In this document: positions 24,645 to 38,600 of the stretch, piece by piece
Numbering within the stretch: the stretch's first letter is position 1
Layout: every line of letters begins with the position of its first letter
Assembly (NCBI RefSeq): GCF_006345805.1
Contig: NC_042998.1
Coordinates: forward strand, 182,094,001-182,158,000
DNA: 64,000 bases
Direction: 5' to 3'
Origin: Octopus sinensis
Lineage: Eukaryota
The notes under the pieces: model-generated
Databases searched by the model: none
What the model was told of the DNA's origin: nothing
The model's input: only the letters and a program-made list of their open reading frames with translations
Translations under genes and position numbers: made by a program

Positions 24645-25020
24645 TATACTTGTTTCAGTCACCAGACTGCGGCTATGCTGGAGCAACGCCCTAAAGAATT
24701 TTAGTCGATTGAATCGATCCCCAGTACTTTTTTTAAAGCCTAGTACTTATTCTATAGGTCTCTTTTGTTGAACCGCTAAGTTACGGGGACGTAAACACAT
24801 CAACACTAGTTCTCAAGCGGTGGTGGGGGACACAGACACAAAGACACATACCCCCCATATATGTGTGTGAGTATGTGTGTGTGATGGCGTGTTTCAATTT
24901 CCAAAATCCACCCACAAGGTTCTGGTCGGTCCGAGACTATAGTAGAAGACACTTGCCCAAGGTGTCACGGAACTATGTAGTTGAGAAGCAATCTTCTTTC
25001 CTCGCAGCCACGACTGCGCT
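24645..25020 (-). mobile_element. SINE family A, diverged
   Basis: TTGTTTCAGTC...GAACCGCTAAGTTACGGGGACGTAAAC...AGAAGACACTTGCCCAAGGTG. Confidence 0.8.
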
Positions 25021-25319
25021 TGTATATACATTTACATAAATTTTTAGAAATATTTCTTAATACAGCCATAATATTTGAAAGTAAGATTTAAGATTTTCTT
25101 AAATTAAAAAGTATTAGCCTAATTAAAAAAAAATATCTTTAAAAGTATCAGATTAATAAAGAGCTACTTAAAAAATTCTTTTTACATAATTGATAATTTA
25201 AGAAAATCTTTTGTTTTATTTATTTATTTTTCGTCTTTAAATCTTTAGAGGGATCTTTCCTAAATGAAAAACCACAGTTCCTGGTGTCTTATCAAAATAC
25301 ATTAAGTATATGATATTGG

Positions 25320-25750
25320 ACCCAAATTTTGGCACGAGCCTAGCAATTTCAGTGGGTGTAAAACGATTATATTGACCCTAGTCTTTAATTGGTACTTATT
25401 ACATCGATCACGAAAAGATAGAAATCAAAGTCGACCTCGGCGAATTTGAATACAGAATGTAAAGACAGATAAAATACCGCTAAGCATTTTGCCCAGCGCG
25501 GTAACGATTCTACCAGCTGTCGCTTTATTTAAGCATATGATATTGATTTCAAGTTCTCGCACAAGGCCAGCAGCTTCGGGGGAGGGTACAAGTAGAAGAC
25601 ATCGACCTCAGTTTTTCAATTGGTCCTTATTTTATCGGCCCCGAAAGGATAAAAGGCAAAATCGACCTCGGTGAAATATGAACTCAGAACGTAAAGACGG
25701 ACGAAATATCGCTAAGCATTTTGCCCGGCGCAGTAACAATTCTGTCAGCT
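25320..25750 (-). mobile_element. Two tandem SINE family B copies
   Basis: Two ...GTCGACCTCGG..GAACTCAGAA..CGCTAAGCATTT blocks at ~25320-25520 and ~25545-25750. Confidence 0.8.
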
Positions 25751-25759
25751 CGTCGCTTT

Positions 25760-26168
25760 ACTCTTTCACTCTTTTACTTCTTTCAGTCATTTGACTGCGG
25801 CCATGCTGGAGCACCACCTTTTAGTCGAGCAAATCGACCCCAGGACTTATTCTTTGTAAGCCTAGTACTTATTCTATCGGTCTCTTTTGCCGAACCGCTA
25901 AGCGACGCGGACGTAAACACACAAGCATCGGTTGTCAAGCTATGTTGGGGGGACAAACACAGACACACAAACACACATATACATACATATATACACATAT
26001 ACATATATACGACGGGCTTCTTTCAGTTTCCCTCTACCAAATCCACTCACAAGGCTTTGGTCGGGCCGAGGCTATAGTAGAAGCCACTTGCCCAAGGTGC
26101 CACGCAGTAGGACTGAACCCAGAACCATGTGGTTGGTAAGCAAGCTACTTACCACACAGTTACTATTG
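25760..26168 (-). mobile_element. SINE family A, full length
   Basis: Reverse complement of the consensus. Confidence 0.9.
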
Positions 26169-26645
26169 CGCCTTATTTAAGAATGTGACATTGATAATGT
26201 TTACATTATTGAGTTGCTTCTTACACAATTTGATTTTATTTTACTAATGCAAACGCTTTGCAAATCAGCAATCATTCTTTACACTATAAATATATACTTC
26301 GGACTGGCAATTTCGATTTCATTTCGAAAGTAAGGCGAGTGTGCGGCATTGACAAGCAGCAAAGTACACAGAAATACTGCTGTCACTCTCATTCACTTAC
26401 AGAACGGTTTCGTTTCACCTAGCTTTCAAGTATACTTTTTTTTAAATACTCTACGTTTTTAAAGATAAAAACTTCAGCTCCAAACGTTTTAACAACACAC
26501 GTGTTACAGAAAATGTATCTGAGACGAAAGTGATAATGTATCAGCTCCGAGACGAAAGTGATAATGTATCAGCTCCGAGACGAAAATCTCAGCTCCTGAC
26601 GTTTTAACAACACACATACATTAAGTAAGTGAAACAGATAATGTT

Positions 26646-26699
<54 letters not shown>

Positions 26700-26700
<1 letters not shown>

Positions 26701-26960
26701 TTGTGTCTGTGTTTGTCTCGCACCATCACTTGACAACAATACCTTGGGCGAGTGTCTCCTATTATAATCTTGTACTGACAAATGCCCTGTGAGTGAATCT
26801 GATAGACGGAAACTGTATTGAAGCCGGTTCGGCATATAAGACCAATAGAATAACCACCAGACTTAAAAATATAAGTACTGGGATCGAGTGATTCGACTAA
26901 AAGTTCTTCAAGGCGGTGCCCCAGCATGGCCGCAGTCTAATGACTGAAACAAGTACAAGA
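26700..26960 (+). mobile_element. Rearranged SINE family A (body, then head fragment, then tail)
   Basis: The CACCATCACTTGACAAC block precedes the CCTTGGGCGAGTGTCT...GACGGAAACTG head block, which is fused directly to CCGGTTCGGCA and the tail. Confidence 0.65.
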
Positions 26961-27203
26961 GCACTAATATATGAATACTAATACATGTATAATACTTTAT
27001 CGCGTAATAGATCGTCATCAGATTCTTTTATTTTGGTTTGTGGATCTGTTTTCTTCTGACGAGAGAACGCATTTTAATATACAACCATAATGGATGAAAG
27101 GCGAAGTTGACTTCTGCGGAATTTACACTCAGGAAGCCAGAACAAATGCCTTAAGACATTATACTTGATACTCTAACGACTGACGATTCACCGCCTCTTT
27201 CGT

Positions 27204-27235
<32 letters not shown>

Positions 27236-27292
27236 TCCTTCCTTCTTTCCTTCCTTCTTTCTTTCCTTTTCTTTCCTTCTTTTTTCTTTCTT

Positions 27293-27330
<38 letters not shown>

Positions 27331-27515
27331 CGAGTTGTACGGCAGGATTTCGATTTAAATAAATGTTTAAATGCTCCATTCTCCGACAGAGCACTGGGTA
27401 ATTTCTTTCGCTTAATTGCATTTCACATCAACGGAACACTGGAATGCTGGCATACCCGCCTCTTTACGTACATACATACATATGTATATATAGATATACA
27501 TATATATATACATAC

Positions 27516-27589
<74 letters not shown>

Positions 27590-27719
27590 CATACATATAT
27601 GTGATGTAATATATATTTACAAATATATATATAAAACATGAGATATACAAATATGTATATATATCTATATATACGTGATGTAATAAATATGCAATATAGA
27701 TACATGTATATAAAACATG

Positions 27720-27753
<34 letters not shown>

Positions 27754-28031
27754 GTATGTATACATATAGTACATGTGCGTATGTGCGTATGTGTATACTC
27801 TGAAAAAATATCTGAAAGGACCGTTTTGCATATTTACTAATTTGTTTATTTATTATTTTTTTTAGATTTTAAGCACCCCGAGGAGCTTTCGTCTGCTATT
27901 TTCAGGGATAACCTCACTGTACAGAAGATTTTACACGCACTATATTGTGTGAGATTCTACCGTGTTCACTCATGCATATCAGAATGGGTACAGTAATATA
28001 TATCTGGATGTAGAATTCATAAAATTAAGTA

Positions 28032-28543
28032 CCGTAAATCCTCGAGTATAATTCGCATTTTCCCCCCAAAATTGAATGGTCAAAATCCCCAGTGCGTACT
28101 ATATACGAGGTTAAAAATGAAAATTATTTTCTAAGCAATGTCCGAGTCTCTATTTGCTGTCCGGCAATGTTTATTCAGACGCATTTTGTGATGTCGGGCG
28201 TGAAAATACCTTAAGCTAAGCCTGAAAGCAATGAAGTCATAACAGAATCGCCCATAACTTGCAGTAAGCAACATTTATTAAACGTTATTACTGTTATTTC
28301 TTTATTTTCTGCAAACAAAATGCACAAAAAAGCTACACGTTTGCATTATGTTATATGTACAATACTAATAAAGGACGTTACCGTATACATTTTTACAAAC
28401 CAAGGACGTTATATAGACCTCCTTGACTCAAGTTAGAGAAGGGGTGCGTATTATACACAAGGTTTAGGCTTTTCAGAGGTACAGCCCCCTAAAAATCCCC
28501 TGCGTATTATACTCAAGGACGGACTATACTCGAGGATTTACGG
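28032..28543. mobile_element. Tc1/mariner-superfamily (Tc2/pogo-like) MITE, 512 bp, TA TSD
   Basis: TA|CCGTAAATCCTCGAGTATA ... TATACTCGAGGATTTACGG|TA, with subterminal GCGTA(C/T)TATA repeats. Confidence 0.88.
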
Positions 28544-28554
28544 TATTACATAAT

Positions 28555-28770
28555 TCTAAGTTTGACACAAGGCTGGCAATTTTAGGGAGAGAGAGGCTAG
28601 TCGATTACATCGACCCCAATGTTCAATTGATAGTAATTTTATCGTCCCAGAAAGGATGAAAAGTAATATCGACCTCAGTAGAATTTGAATTCGGGATGCA
28701 AAGAGCCGGAAGAAATGCAGCTAGGCGCTACTGTCCGATGCGCAAACGATTCTGCCAGCTCGCCGCCTTA
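28555..28770 (-). mobile_element. SINE family B
   Basis: GTCGATTACATCGACCCC...CTGCCAGCTCGCCGCCTTA. Confidence 0.8.
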
Positions 28771-29140
28771 TAAGAAATTCTGAATTGTTAAAACAGATTG
28801 GAATATTCCTGCTAACGTTGTTTATATTGTATTTGTTGAATATAAAACATTGATTATTGTGATTTGCTGATATGAGTTGTTTGAATTATCGTAGATATAT
28901 TCACTAGCGATTGATCAATTATTGAATATTCTAACAAGAATCTTTTGATAAAGTATTGCTTATCTTTTAAAGAAATAGTTCTGTTCGTGTGTGTGTGTGT
29001 TGTGTGTGTGTGTGTGAAAGGCAGAGGTAGAATAAAGGAAGATAAAGGCTAAAGGAGAGAGGAGAATGAAATTTAGAAGTAATGAGTGTAAAAACTAGAG
29101 ACAGAATCAGAAGAAATAGTTAGATAGATAGATAGATAGG

Positions 29141-29219
<79 letters not shown>

Positions 29220-29354
29220 AGAGGAAAAGAGAAGGACAGGGGAAAGAGAATGAATAAAAACGGACTGAAAAAACAAACAAAAACAACGAGAGGAAAAATT
29301 TAACGAGAGACAAAAAAGATAAAAACAAAATGATAGAAATTAAATAAGGAAATG

Positions 29355-29421
<67 letters not shown>

Positions 29422-29437
29422 GAGAGAGAGAGAGATA

Positions 29438-29494
<57 letters not shown>

Positions 29495-30224
29495 AATCTT
29501 TTGTGTTCCCTTAACTATACTTTAGGTACAGTAAAGTATTAGTACTTCATTGTCTTTGTAAGTAAATTCTACAGAATTGAAAGTATTCTAGGTGGACCGT
29601 GATTTCGATTTCAGTTTCAATTTCAGCTTGGAACCGATTTACATATTGCAGAGATAGACATAATTATCACACACTGTTCGGTTTTTTTTCTCAACTATAA
29701 ATCTTAATCTAAGTGTCTCCCCTTCACTCTGTTCTTCTAAGTGATCGTATGTATGTATGTATGTATGTATGTATGTATGTAGTATGTTTGTATGTATGTA
29801 TGTATGTATTTATGAAGGATCTCATGTGTGTGAGTGTGAGTGTGTGCAATAGTATTCTCGTCACTGAAATCACACGGTAAACTTCGGTGAACCGAGTCTG
29901 CGCACTGGTTTCAAATTTTACTTGGTATCACCTCATTACCCTTCCGTTGCCAATGTCTTTCGTAGAAAAATAATCGCCTCAGTTACATATTCCCACACTT
30001 AATAGATTAAAAGACGCCAGAAAACAAATACAAATACAAAATAAAAAAACAAAACAAAGCAAAACAATAAAAGCTAAAAACAAAAAAATCAAAAGACTTT
30101 ATGTTCGCACGAACCAAATACGATGCCTTCACATAGACACTCGACTTACTAGAAATAACAACTAAATTTCAATAAAATCATAAAAATCGTTATATCGTTT
30201 TTTGAAAGGAAGGAAATATTGGTT

Positions 30225-30392
30225 TCGAATTTTGAGCCTGTAATTTCAGGGGAGGAGCTAAGTTGATTACATCGACCCCAGTGTTCAGCTGGTACGACCC
30301 CGGCGGAATTTGAACTTAGAACGTAAGGACGGTCGAAATGCCGCTAAGCATTTCTCACGACGTACGAAGTGATTCTGCTAGCTCACAACCTC
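30225..30392 (-). mobile_element. SINE family B with internal deletion
   Basis: GATTACATCGACCCCAG...GGCGGAATTTGAAC...CGCTAAGCATTT. Confidence 0.75.
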
Positions 30393-30554
30393 ATAGGAAG
30401 GAAATATTGAATAATTCAGCACTATATACAAAAAAAAAGACGGGATGGTCATAGTTGGAACGCCCTTCATCATAGATCTGTTTATTCAGAATTCACTTAG
30501 GATTAAGCAAGTTCAGCAACAATTGCAGTAACATTTTGTTCGCCCTGGCGCTTC

Positions 30555-30650
30555 AATAGATCTTTGGGTAAATCAATAAATCTTTGGGTAGATCGATAAA
30601 TCTTTGGGTAAGTCAAGCGATGTCTGATAAATCAACAGATGTATGGTTCA
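30555..30650. repeat. 20-bp minisatellite, 3 good and 2 degenerate units
   Basis: (A/G)ATA(G/A)ATCTTTGGGTA(A/G)(A/G)TC at 30555, 30575 and 30595. Confidence 0.85.
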
Positions 30651-32559
30651 TTTTTCAAGTGGATTGAAAGTATTACTGTTATATCACTGGGCGAGGAGAC
30701 ACTGAAATTTACACCTGTTCAGTAAAAAAAGGGAGCCGTAAGAACATATTCAAATTATTGTCCTACCTGTGTTGGTTGCAAGTCGTTGTAATCGAAAATG
30801 TAGTTGCTTCTAGGTCGCTTATACTGTTTCTTAACTTTTCAGAAGTTAACTGACAGAAGTTTATATATGACTGATGGGTCGATAGAATATCTAAGCAGTC
30901 ACTTAGCAGGGCATCGTCCGAATGTAAAAGAAATTCCTCCACATCACGAAATTTGAATTTATATAGACGTATTATCGATGTCGAAAATTAGATGGATAGA
31001 TGAATAGATTTAGTGAAAGAAAGAGAAAGAGGGAGATAGACAGACAGATAGATAGATAGATAAATAGATAGATAGGTAGATAGATAAAGAGAACTGAGGT
31101 AGGAGTAAATACATTTACTAAGAGAGACTCAATATTTCAAAATAAATATTTTTTTCGGCTCATCAGAGCAATGTTGCATTACAGATAAACCAATGATCTA
31201 AAGTGGAATTTAATGTCTAGAAAGCCATAGCAACATTGCGTAGTCATTTGGCAGGAAATTGATAACTAGTGGAACGGAGTGTTTTATTCGTGATAAAAGT
31301 AATTTATATTTCCTTAGACTCAAAATGGTGGCGTAGCCATCGCAGTCATTTAAACAGCAACGACAATAGCAATATCAGTGAGAAGAAAAACAACTACAAC
31401 AACAACAACAACAACAACCGCAACAATTACATTCAAACCCATCGATCGTTCGAGTGGTATCGTAACTAGAACAGGTTCTATTCGTATATATTATCTCAGT
31501 TGACCAACAGATTTGAAAACATTAATGACCCGTAGACCGGTTGCTTCTCTGTAAGATAAGCAAGGAACGACGTCTCAAATGACACATGGCTCATTAAAGC
31601 TAGAAGCTTCGTTTGACTTGCCGTTCTTATTTCGTTCGTATCTATTCTTTTTAAAGCGCAATTTCCTTATTGCAGGCATACGTGAGTCCCCGTGACATCA
31701 TGGACCTTTTTTTGTTTGCTTTGTTGTATATTCTCCATTAATAGACTTTCGTTGCAGTTATATGTATTTCTTCTATCACGTCATTCTCTATTTGATAGAC
31801 GAAACTTTGTATGATCTTTCCTCAAGTAATTGATATCAAACTTTACATTTGAATACAATACTTTGCTTACTTCACTCTCCAACTGTTTTGTTGCTGTTAC
31901 AGTTTTGAGGTAATTTAGATGCTTTTTTTTTTCCAAGCCATATAATTCGCGGATGTCAATGAAATGCTATAAACAGTCAATTTTCAGCTTGATTCGCATG
32001 ACTTCATATAATCAACTGAATTGGTCAGATACACGAAGTTGAAGCATTGCAGTTATGATATAGATGAGGCCATTATGACGAGTTGGAAGGAAATACTTTT
32101 GTTTTCATCATAAAACATGCCTCCAGAAAACACTTCTAGATTTAAATTTATTTGTTCGAGATTCGTGACAGACAGGGGGAAAAAAAGCTAAATCTGTTTT
32201 AAGAAAACTCGAATACATTTGCGAAAATTGAAATCTAATTGACGAAGTAAAGAGTAAAGCAAAAACGAAAGTGATTTATAAAAGAATAAATGAAGTTTAA
32301 TGGTACAATTACCAGTTTTATCTATCATAAATTATATAAATGCTGACATTGGGTTGATAAAGTTGTTAACGCGTCGTATAGAACACTTTACAAGGTTATT
32401 TTTTTTCTGGATTTCTTAGTATTAAGTTCAAATCATTCCGGAGTCATTTTATCCTTCCGAGTTAGCTAAATAAAGCGAGTCTATTCTTATCTCAGTGTTT
32501 CTCTTACGTAATAGTCTACGATGTGACCTGTCGTGGGAGAAAGGGAGAAGGATTGAGCG

Positions 32560-32790
32560 AGGATCGTAAACAAACCAACGCTGTTGTCAAGCTTTTGGAG
32601 GGGCGGAGAAGACACGCAGAGATATACGACAGGCTTCAATACAGTTTCCGTCTATCAGATTCATTGACAGGGCAATTGTCAGTTCGAAATTATAGTAGGA
32701 GACACTCGCCTAAGGTACTACGCACTGGGATTGAACCCGTTGCCATGTGGTTGCAAGAGCAATATTATTAACCAGCAGCCGTGGCTGCGG
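32560..32790 (-). mobile_element. SINE family A, diverged 5' part
   Basis: ACAGTTTCCGTCTATC...GGGATTGAACCCG..CCATGTGGTTG. Confidence 0.65.
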
Positions 32791-32924
32791 TTTTTCTTTT
32801 AGTCTTTTTTCTTCTGTTCATTTGCTGATTTCAGTTACTGGACTGCGGTCCAGTATTCTCGTCAAAAGTGGTCCAATTTTCCCCTGAATATTATTGCAGA
32901 GACCCCTTCTATATTTCTAACTGG

Positions 32925-32999
<75 letters not shown>

Positions 33000-33314
33000 T
33001 GTGTGTATGTATGTATGTATGTATGTATGTACACCATTGTTTTCCGACCATATATCCTTAGGTTTCGTGCAAGTGTTCACTCGTCAACAAGGCAGGATGA
33101 ATTTAGCGAGTTGGCAAATCAATTTTGTTTGGTTGAAAAAGTGTTCAAGTTACCAAATAGTTGTGGGGTTGAGGTGGAGTTTGTCAGATTTGGATTGCAC
33201 TGCAAAGCGATGAAATACGAAGAATATTAATGACATTACACCCACCATATATACGCGCACACGTGCATGCATGGGCAGCATGTATGTATATGTGATTTGT
33301 GTACAACACACGCA

Positions 33315-33316
33315 CA

Positions 33317-33358
<42 letters not shown>

Positions 33359-33497
33359 ATATATATATATATATATGTATATATAAATATATATATATGT
33401 ATATATAAATATATACTTATATATATATGAGTATATATATTTGTATGCATATATATATATGTATATACATAGTTATATATATATATATATATATAAG

Positions 33498-33533
<36 letters not shown>

Positions 33534-33695
33534 AATACTATATATATGCACATAGTTGTATATATAAATATATATATATATATACTAGATATATATATAT
33601 GTATATACATAGTTATATATATATAATATATATATATATATAATATATATATATATAGGTATATATATAAATATATATATATATATACTAGATAT

Positions 33696-33729
<34 letters not shown>

Positions 33730-33742
33730 CTTATATATATAA

Positions 33743-33782
<40 letters not shown>

Positions 33783-33817
33783 TACACATAAGCATATATA
33801 TATATATATACATAAGC

Positions 33818-33849
<32 letters not shown>

Positions 33850-33875
33850 ATATATATATATATACTAGATATATC
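33315..33875. repeat. Long interrupted (TA)n array with recurring higher-order interruptions (TACTAG, TAAGCA, ATAGTT)
   Basis: Directly visible. Confidence 0.95.
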
Positions 33876-33953
33876 AAACATTTCTCTTCATTGTAATTTT
33901 GTAAACATTTTTAGAGAAACATTTGTCTTCATTTAGTGGATTTATTGAGAATT

Positions 33954-34003
<50 letters not shown>

Positions 34004-34228
34004 TATACAGATATACACTCACCTCCTCACCCGCACATTATATTTCCTTTTATTGTAATTTTATTTAGAAATATTTTTAGAGAAACATTTGTCTTCATTT
34101 AGTGGATTATTAAGAATTAGTTTAGGCTGCAACTCTATGATGTAACCAGCTGCAGATGTTAAGACTTTTTAGAAAAGGGCTTATCCAGATTTCTTTCAAA
34201 TCTACGAATAAAAATTAAATTTGCTGCG

Positions 34229-34281
<53 letters not shown>

Positions 34282-34298
34282 TACTATTGTTATTGTTA

Positions 34299-34347
<49 letters not shown>

Positions 34348-34352
34348 TGTTA

Positions 34353-34397
<45 letters not shown>

Positions 34398-34419
34398 GTA
34401 GTAGTAGTAGTAGTAGTAT

Positions 34420-34612
34420 TCGCTGGAGGAAATGCTTAGCGGTATTTCGCCCACAGCGGTATTTCGACCATCGTTGAAATTCCGCCGACGTCGACTTTGC
34501 CTTTCATCCTTTCAGGGTCGATGAAATAAGTAGTAGTTACGCAGTAGGGTCGATGTAATCGACTTAGCTCCTCCCCTAAACATGCTGGTCTTATGCCAAA
34601 ATTTGAAACCAG
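34420..34612 (+). mobile_element. SINE family B with a short internal duplication
   Basis: AAATGCTTAGCGGTATTTCG (duplicated AGCGGTATTTCG)...GTCGACTTTGCCTTTCATCC. Confidence 0.75.
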
Positions 34613-34966
34613 AATTATTAGTACAATTATTATTATTAGTAGTAGTCTTAGAGATGTTAGGTGTTAGTGGTTGTAGTAGTAGTAGTATTAAGCACAGGTT
34701 CTTCATGTCTTTATACGTTATTACAGACGCATACATTCACATACGCGCACACACAAATATGCATACAAACCCGTGACACAGGGCTTGTCCTGATATTTGA
34801 ATGACGATATGGTTTCAGACAAGCTGAATTTTAGAATTACGTTTGATTCCATTTTCCTTTCTGAAATATTTCATTTGAATTATTCCAGTGTAGATAATGT
34901 TGAGTGAGATAGAAATAAACAGGCAAACATTTTCCACACACATCATGTACGACGTAAAAACTAACG

Positions 34967-35005
<39 letters not shown>

Positions 35006-35195
35006 GTACTGGTATCCAGAAGACCCAAGATGGCAAGCAAGGCTATGTAAGGGCTACGGAAGGACTGTAGTTAGACTCTCGGTTTGATAATAATACGAGT
35101 AAGGAATCTAATGCAGGTCTTATGTGAGCATGCATAAGTTAAATGAAATAAAACAACAAGGCCAAGGCAGTGTGGAATTTATAAAGAAAGAGTTA

Positions 35196-35243
35196 GTCTT
35201 ACAGCTGTTTCTGGGATATTAGGAGTATCCCTTCATCAGAGAC
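35196..35243 (-). ncRNA. Minimal type I hammerhead ribozyme, canonical core
   Basis: gtct-CTGATGA-a-GGGATA(ctcctaa)TATCCC-a-GAAA-CAGCTG-TA-agac. Confidence 0.8.
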
Positions 35244-35458
35244 GATATGAGAGAGTTAACTGGAGGGAAATAGTAGAGTTCAATATAAGGAGTTATTTTG
35301 GAAAAGGATAGATGTAGGAAGTATAAAGGGAAATAAGAGAACAAAAGTAAAAAAAAAAAATTCTTTTATTTCCCTTTATACATCCTACATCTATACTTTT
35401 CCAAAATCACTCCTTATACTGAACTCTACCATTTCCCTCTAGTTAACTCTCTCATATC

Positions 35459-35506
35459 GTCTCTGATGAAGGAATATCCCTAATATCCCAGAAACAGCTG
35501 TAAGAC
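35459..35506 (+). ncRNA. Minimal type I hammerhead ribozyme, canonical core
   Basis: gtct-CTGATGA-aggaatatccctaatatccca-GAAA-CAGCTG-TA-agac. Stem III is the palindrome ACAGCTGT. Confidence 0.78.
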
Positions 35507-35650
35507 TAAATTTATCTGAATAAATGTCGTAAAAATTCCACACAGCCTTGGCTTTGTTGTCTCATTTTATTTAACACACACACGCACACGTACATACATA
35601 CATACATACATACATACATACATACATACATACATACATACATACATACA

Positions 35651-35689
<39 letters not shown>

Positions 35690-35692
<3 letters not shown>

Positions 35693-36000
35693 GATGGCTA
35701 CCCCCTCGTTATCGAGTATGGCCATTGTACGAAGCTTGACTGTTATTGGTGCTGTGATCGAATGTGATTTTTTAGCCCAGCCAAAGATCTACAATGTCTT
35801 GTACAGAATTGGCAGCTAAAACCTTTACCGGCAATAGCTGGCTATAGTTGTAACTGGGCTTCATGTATCTTTGCATGTCGTTTAAGTCCTCCTGCCGAAT
35901 TACACTCTCTTCCACATGCCTGATAGATATGATTAGTATGGTGTGTAACACCACCACCAGTGGCCAGGTTGTCACTCATCTGTCTTGCTTTATGACTACG
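35690..36000 (-). mobile_element. RTE-type LINE 3' end with a C2H2-like zinc motif
   Basis: ...ACGRECNSAGGLKRHAKIH..., then a UTR ending ...GATAACGAGGGGGTAGCC before a (ATGT)n tract. Confidence 0.6.
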
Positions 36001-36084
36001 AACATGACTCTTGAGTCGTACATACATACATACATACATACATACATACATACATACATACATACATACATACATACATACATG

Positions 36085-36630
36085 CATACATGTGTACAGT
36101 TGCGGAAATCAGCTGCCCAGCAGATGTTAACATAAAAATTCTGAAGATCAGTGAAAAAGAGAATACCTATGCTGAACAATTCAGAAATCTAGTTACTCTA
36201 TCCAGATTACAAGTTCAGGTTTATACCTGTAATTATTGGGGCACTGGGATATGTAAGACACAGCCTAAATACTAATCTTGGGAAATTAGGCTTCTCAAAA
36301 CCAGAAAGGAGAAAGCTGTCTCGAAGGCTGCAGATCCAAGTCATCACTGGGACTGTAAAAATCTGTAAAACTTTCCAGAAGTTTATCATTTAAGTATATA
36401 CGAGTATGTCTAGATATGCAACTATATGCATGAGAAGACATACATAAAACAAAACATACAAATCTACACATATACATACATACCATACATACATACATAC
36501 ATACATACATACATACATACATACATACAAAAATACCCTGTTGTTGAAATGCCAATGGAGCCTTGAATCTAGGTTAGAAACCGGCTCTTTCTCTAGTGGT
36601 AAGAAATCTTGAAATAAAACTGAATAATGA
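36085..36630 (+). mobile_element. R4/NeSL-like (restriction-like endonuclease) non-LTR retrotransposon 3' end
   Basis: CTVAEISCPADVN...KISEKENTYA then (frameshift) YPDYKFRFIPVIIGALGYV...LGKLGF...LQIQVITGTVKICKTFQKFII*, the REL-domain pattern. The 3'UTR is split by microsatellites. Confidence 0.7.
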
Positions 36631-37609
36631 CATACATACATGTGTACACACACACAACACACACACACATACACACACACACATACACACCACACACACA
36701 CACATAAAGTTATGTGTATTCATTTATATTTATCTGAACCGTCTGCTATCTACACGTCTACACTGAGACGTTGAACGACGTTCGCTGCAGTTTTTGTCTC
36801 CGAGAAGATTTTCTCTTTCTTGACTAAGTGTTGTATGTGCTAAGGTACATTGAGCTGGGCTTTGAATGAAGACAATCCGACTTTTAGACTCATGTTTCTG
36901 TGTGGTTTTGCTTTATCAGTGACAGACACCGTTTTAACCGTTCATAGCCCAGTCGAAACTGATGTTCTTATATGTAAATAGCAAAAAAAAAAAAAATTAA
37001 AATTAAAAAAAAACCCAAAATACATATGCTGATGCACGAAAAGGTTTGTCAAGCTGGAATTAATTCTAAGCAGACTGAGCGACAACGATTAATATTTACT
37101 CTGTTTTCACCATCATATACCTGTTCCCTTCATCTACACATCCTAGTTTCTCCCGTCATCACTGAATGCTATTCACATTCTTGATCACATAGCATTAGGA
37201 GAACTGACACAGCATAAGGTATTGAAATCCTTATAGTTTTAATGCAGAAGGCAAGTACGGTTATGTTCGTGCTACGATAAGATAGAGCCAGTACACCCTA
37301 TACAGGGGTTCACTATCTGGTCAAGAAAGCTCTTCAGCCTTGCTGGGAACATGGCAACCTCTCCACTGCCGGCGCCACGATAACATGCACCTAGTACAAT
37401 ATGCAAAGTGGATGCTGATAAGAAGGGTATGCCGTCATAGAAACCGAGCTAAAAACGAAACGTACGAATGTGACAAGATTTCGACACGTTTATAAGGGAG
37501 CAGTAGATATGATGAAGCTCTGACTCCGATCATGACAACCCGTGAAACAGAAACATACGATGAATTTTAAGCTTTAGGTGTAAAACTCTAAACAGATATG
37601 AATACGCTT

Positions 37610-37650
<41 letters not shown>

Positions 37651-38361
37651 TAGAGGCAACTGTAGGTTATCAGCGTCACTCGGGTTCATCACAGATTTCG
37701 CATAAGGCACATGCCTGCTCGAAGAATTTCACGGTTTTCCGCTTTATTTCTAGCCCAAAATGGCTTATTTTTTATATCTAGTACTATGTCTTCCTCCAGT
37801 TCTAAGTTAAGGGTAAAAATAAACCAACCCTGCAAAACACAACTGATTTTTACACACAGACGCACAGAATAATGGCAATCAAATTACGACAGCGGAGTGC
37901 ACAACAAAATCTGAAATCTGACTGTCGCCTGTACTCTTGACAAGAGATGCCAGTTAGTCTTTTACACCTATCTGGTTCGTTCGTATTAGCCCGAGTTGCT
38001 GGTTAATTTTCCATTCCTTTAAGAATATTGTAGAACGGAAACTTTTCGTAGATTGGAATTTAAATCCTAATCTCTTTGGAAATTTATTGTTTCAAAAAAT
38101 TTTAATTTGAATTTCTTCTAATTTTTACGATTATAGATAACTTCGATTGTAACTTCTGAGCCCGAGTCAGGCGCGTGTGAACGATGTCGAGAGACTGTCT
38201 GCCACGAATGATATTTTCTGACACAGGGCATCTCTAAGACGACTACCAGACGCTGAACGAAAATAAATGAACTGCGACCAGGCTCAAAATCAGCTTGTAA
38301 ATACACTTTACTAAATTTATACTCGGGCTAAGCCCGAACAGCCCGAATGCCGGAGTCGCCA

Positions 38362-38432
<71 letters not shown>

Positions 38433-38464
38433 GCATCATTATGCATACTACATACATACATACA

Positions 38465-38502
<38 letters not shown>

Positions 38503-38600
38503 TGTGATGGAACATACTTAATAACTAGATAACTGTATGACATCCAATTATAAAAGAAATAGAAAGATATACTCTAACATGTTTTACAATATTTGTATAA

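Larger units (their letters stand above)
35139..35574. mobile_element. Palindromic (inverted) Penelope-like pseudo-LTR pair, each arm carrying a hammerhead ribozyme
   Basis: Arms at ~35139-35340 and ~35365-35574 are reverse complements around an A-run. Confidence 0.8.

Noticed and set aside
30555-30650. Regularly spaced 20-bp repeats (CRISPR-like at a glance)
   Set aside because: The units are contiguous with no unique spacers, the context is eukaryotic, and there are no cas genes. It is a minisatellite.
31150-31170. CTGATGAGCCGAAA on the minus strand as another hammerhead
   Set aside because: It has no stem II, stem III or stem I partner. It is a chance core-like match.
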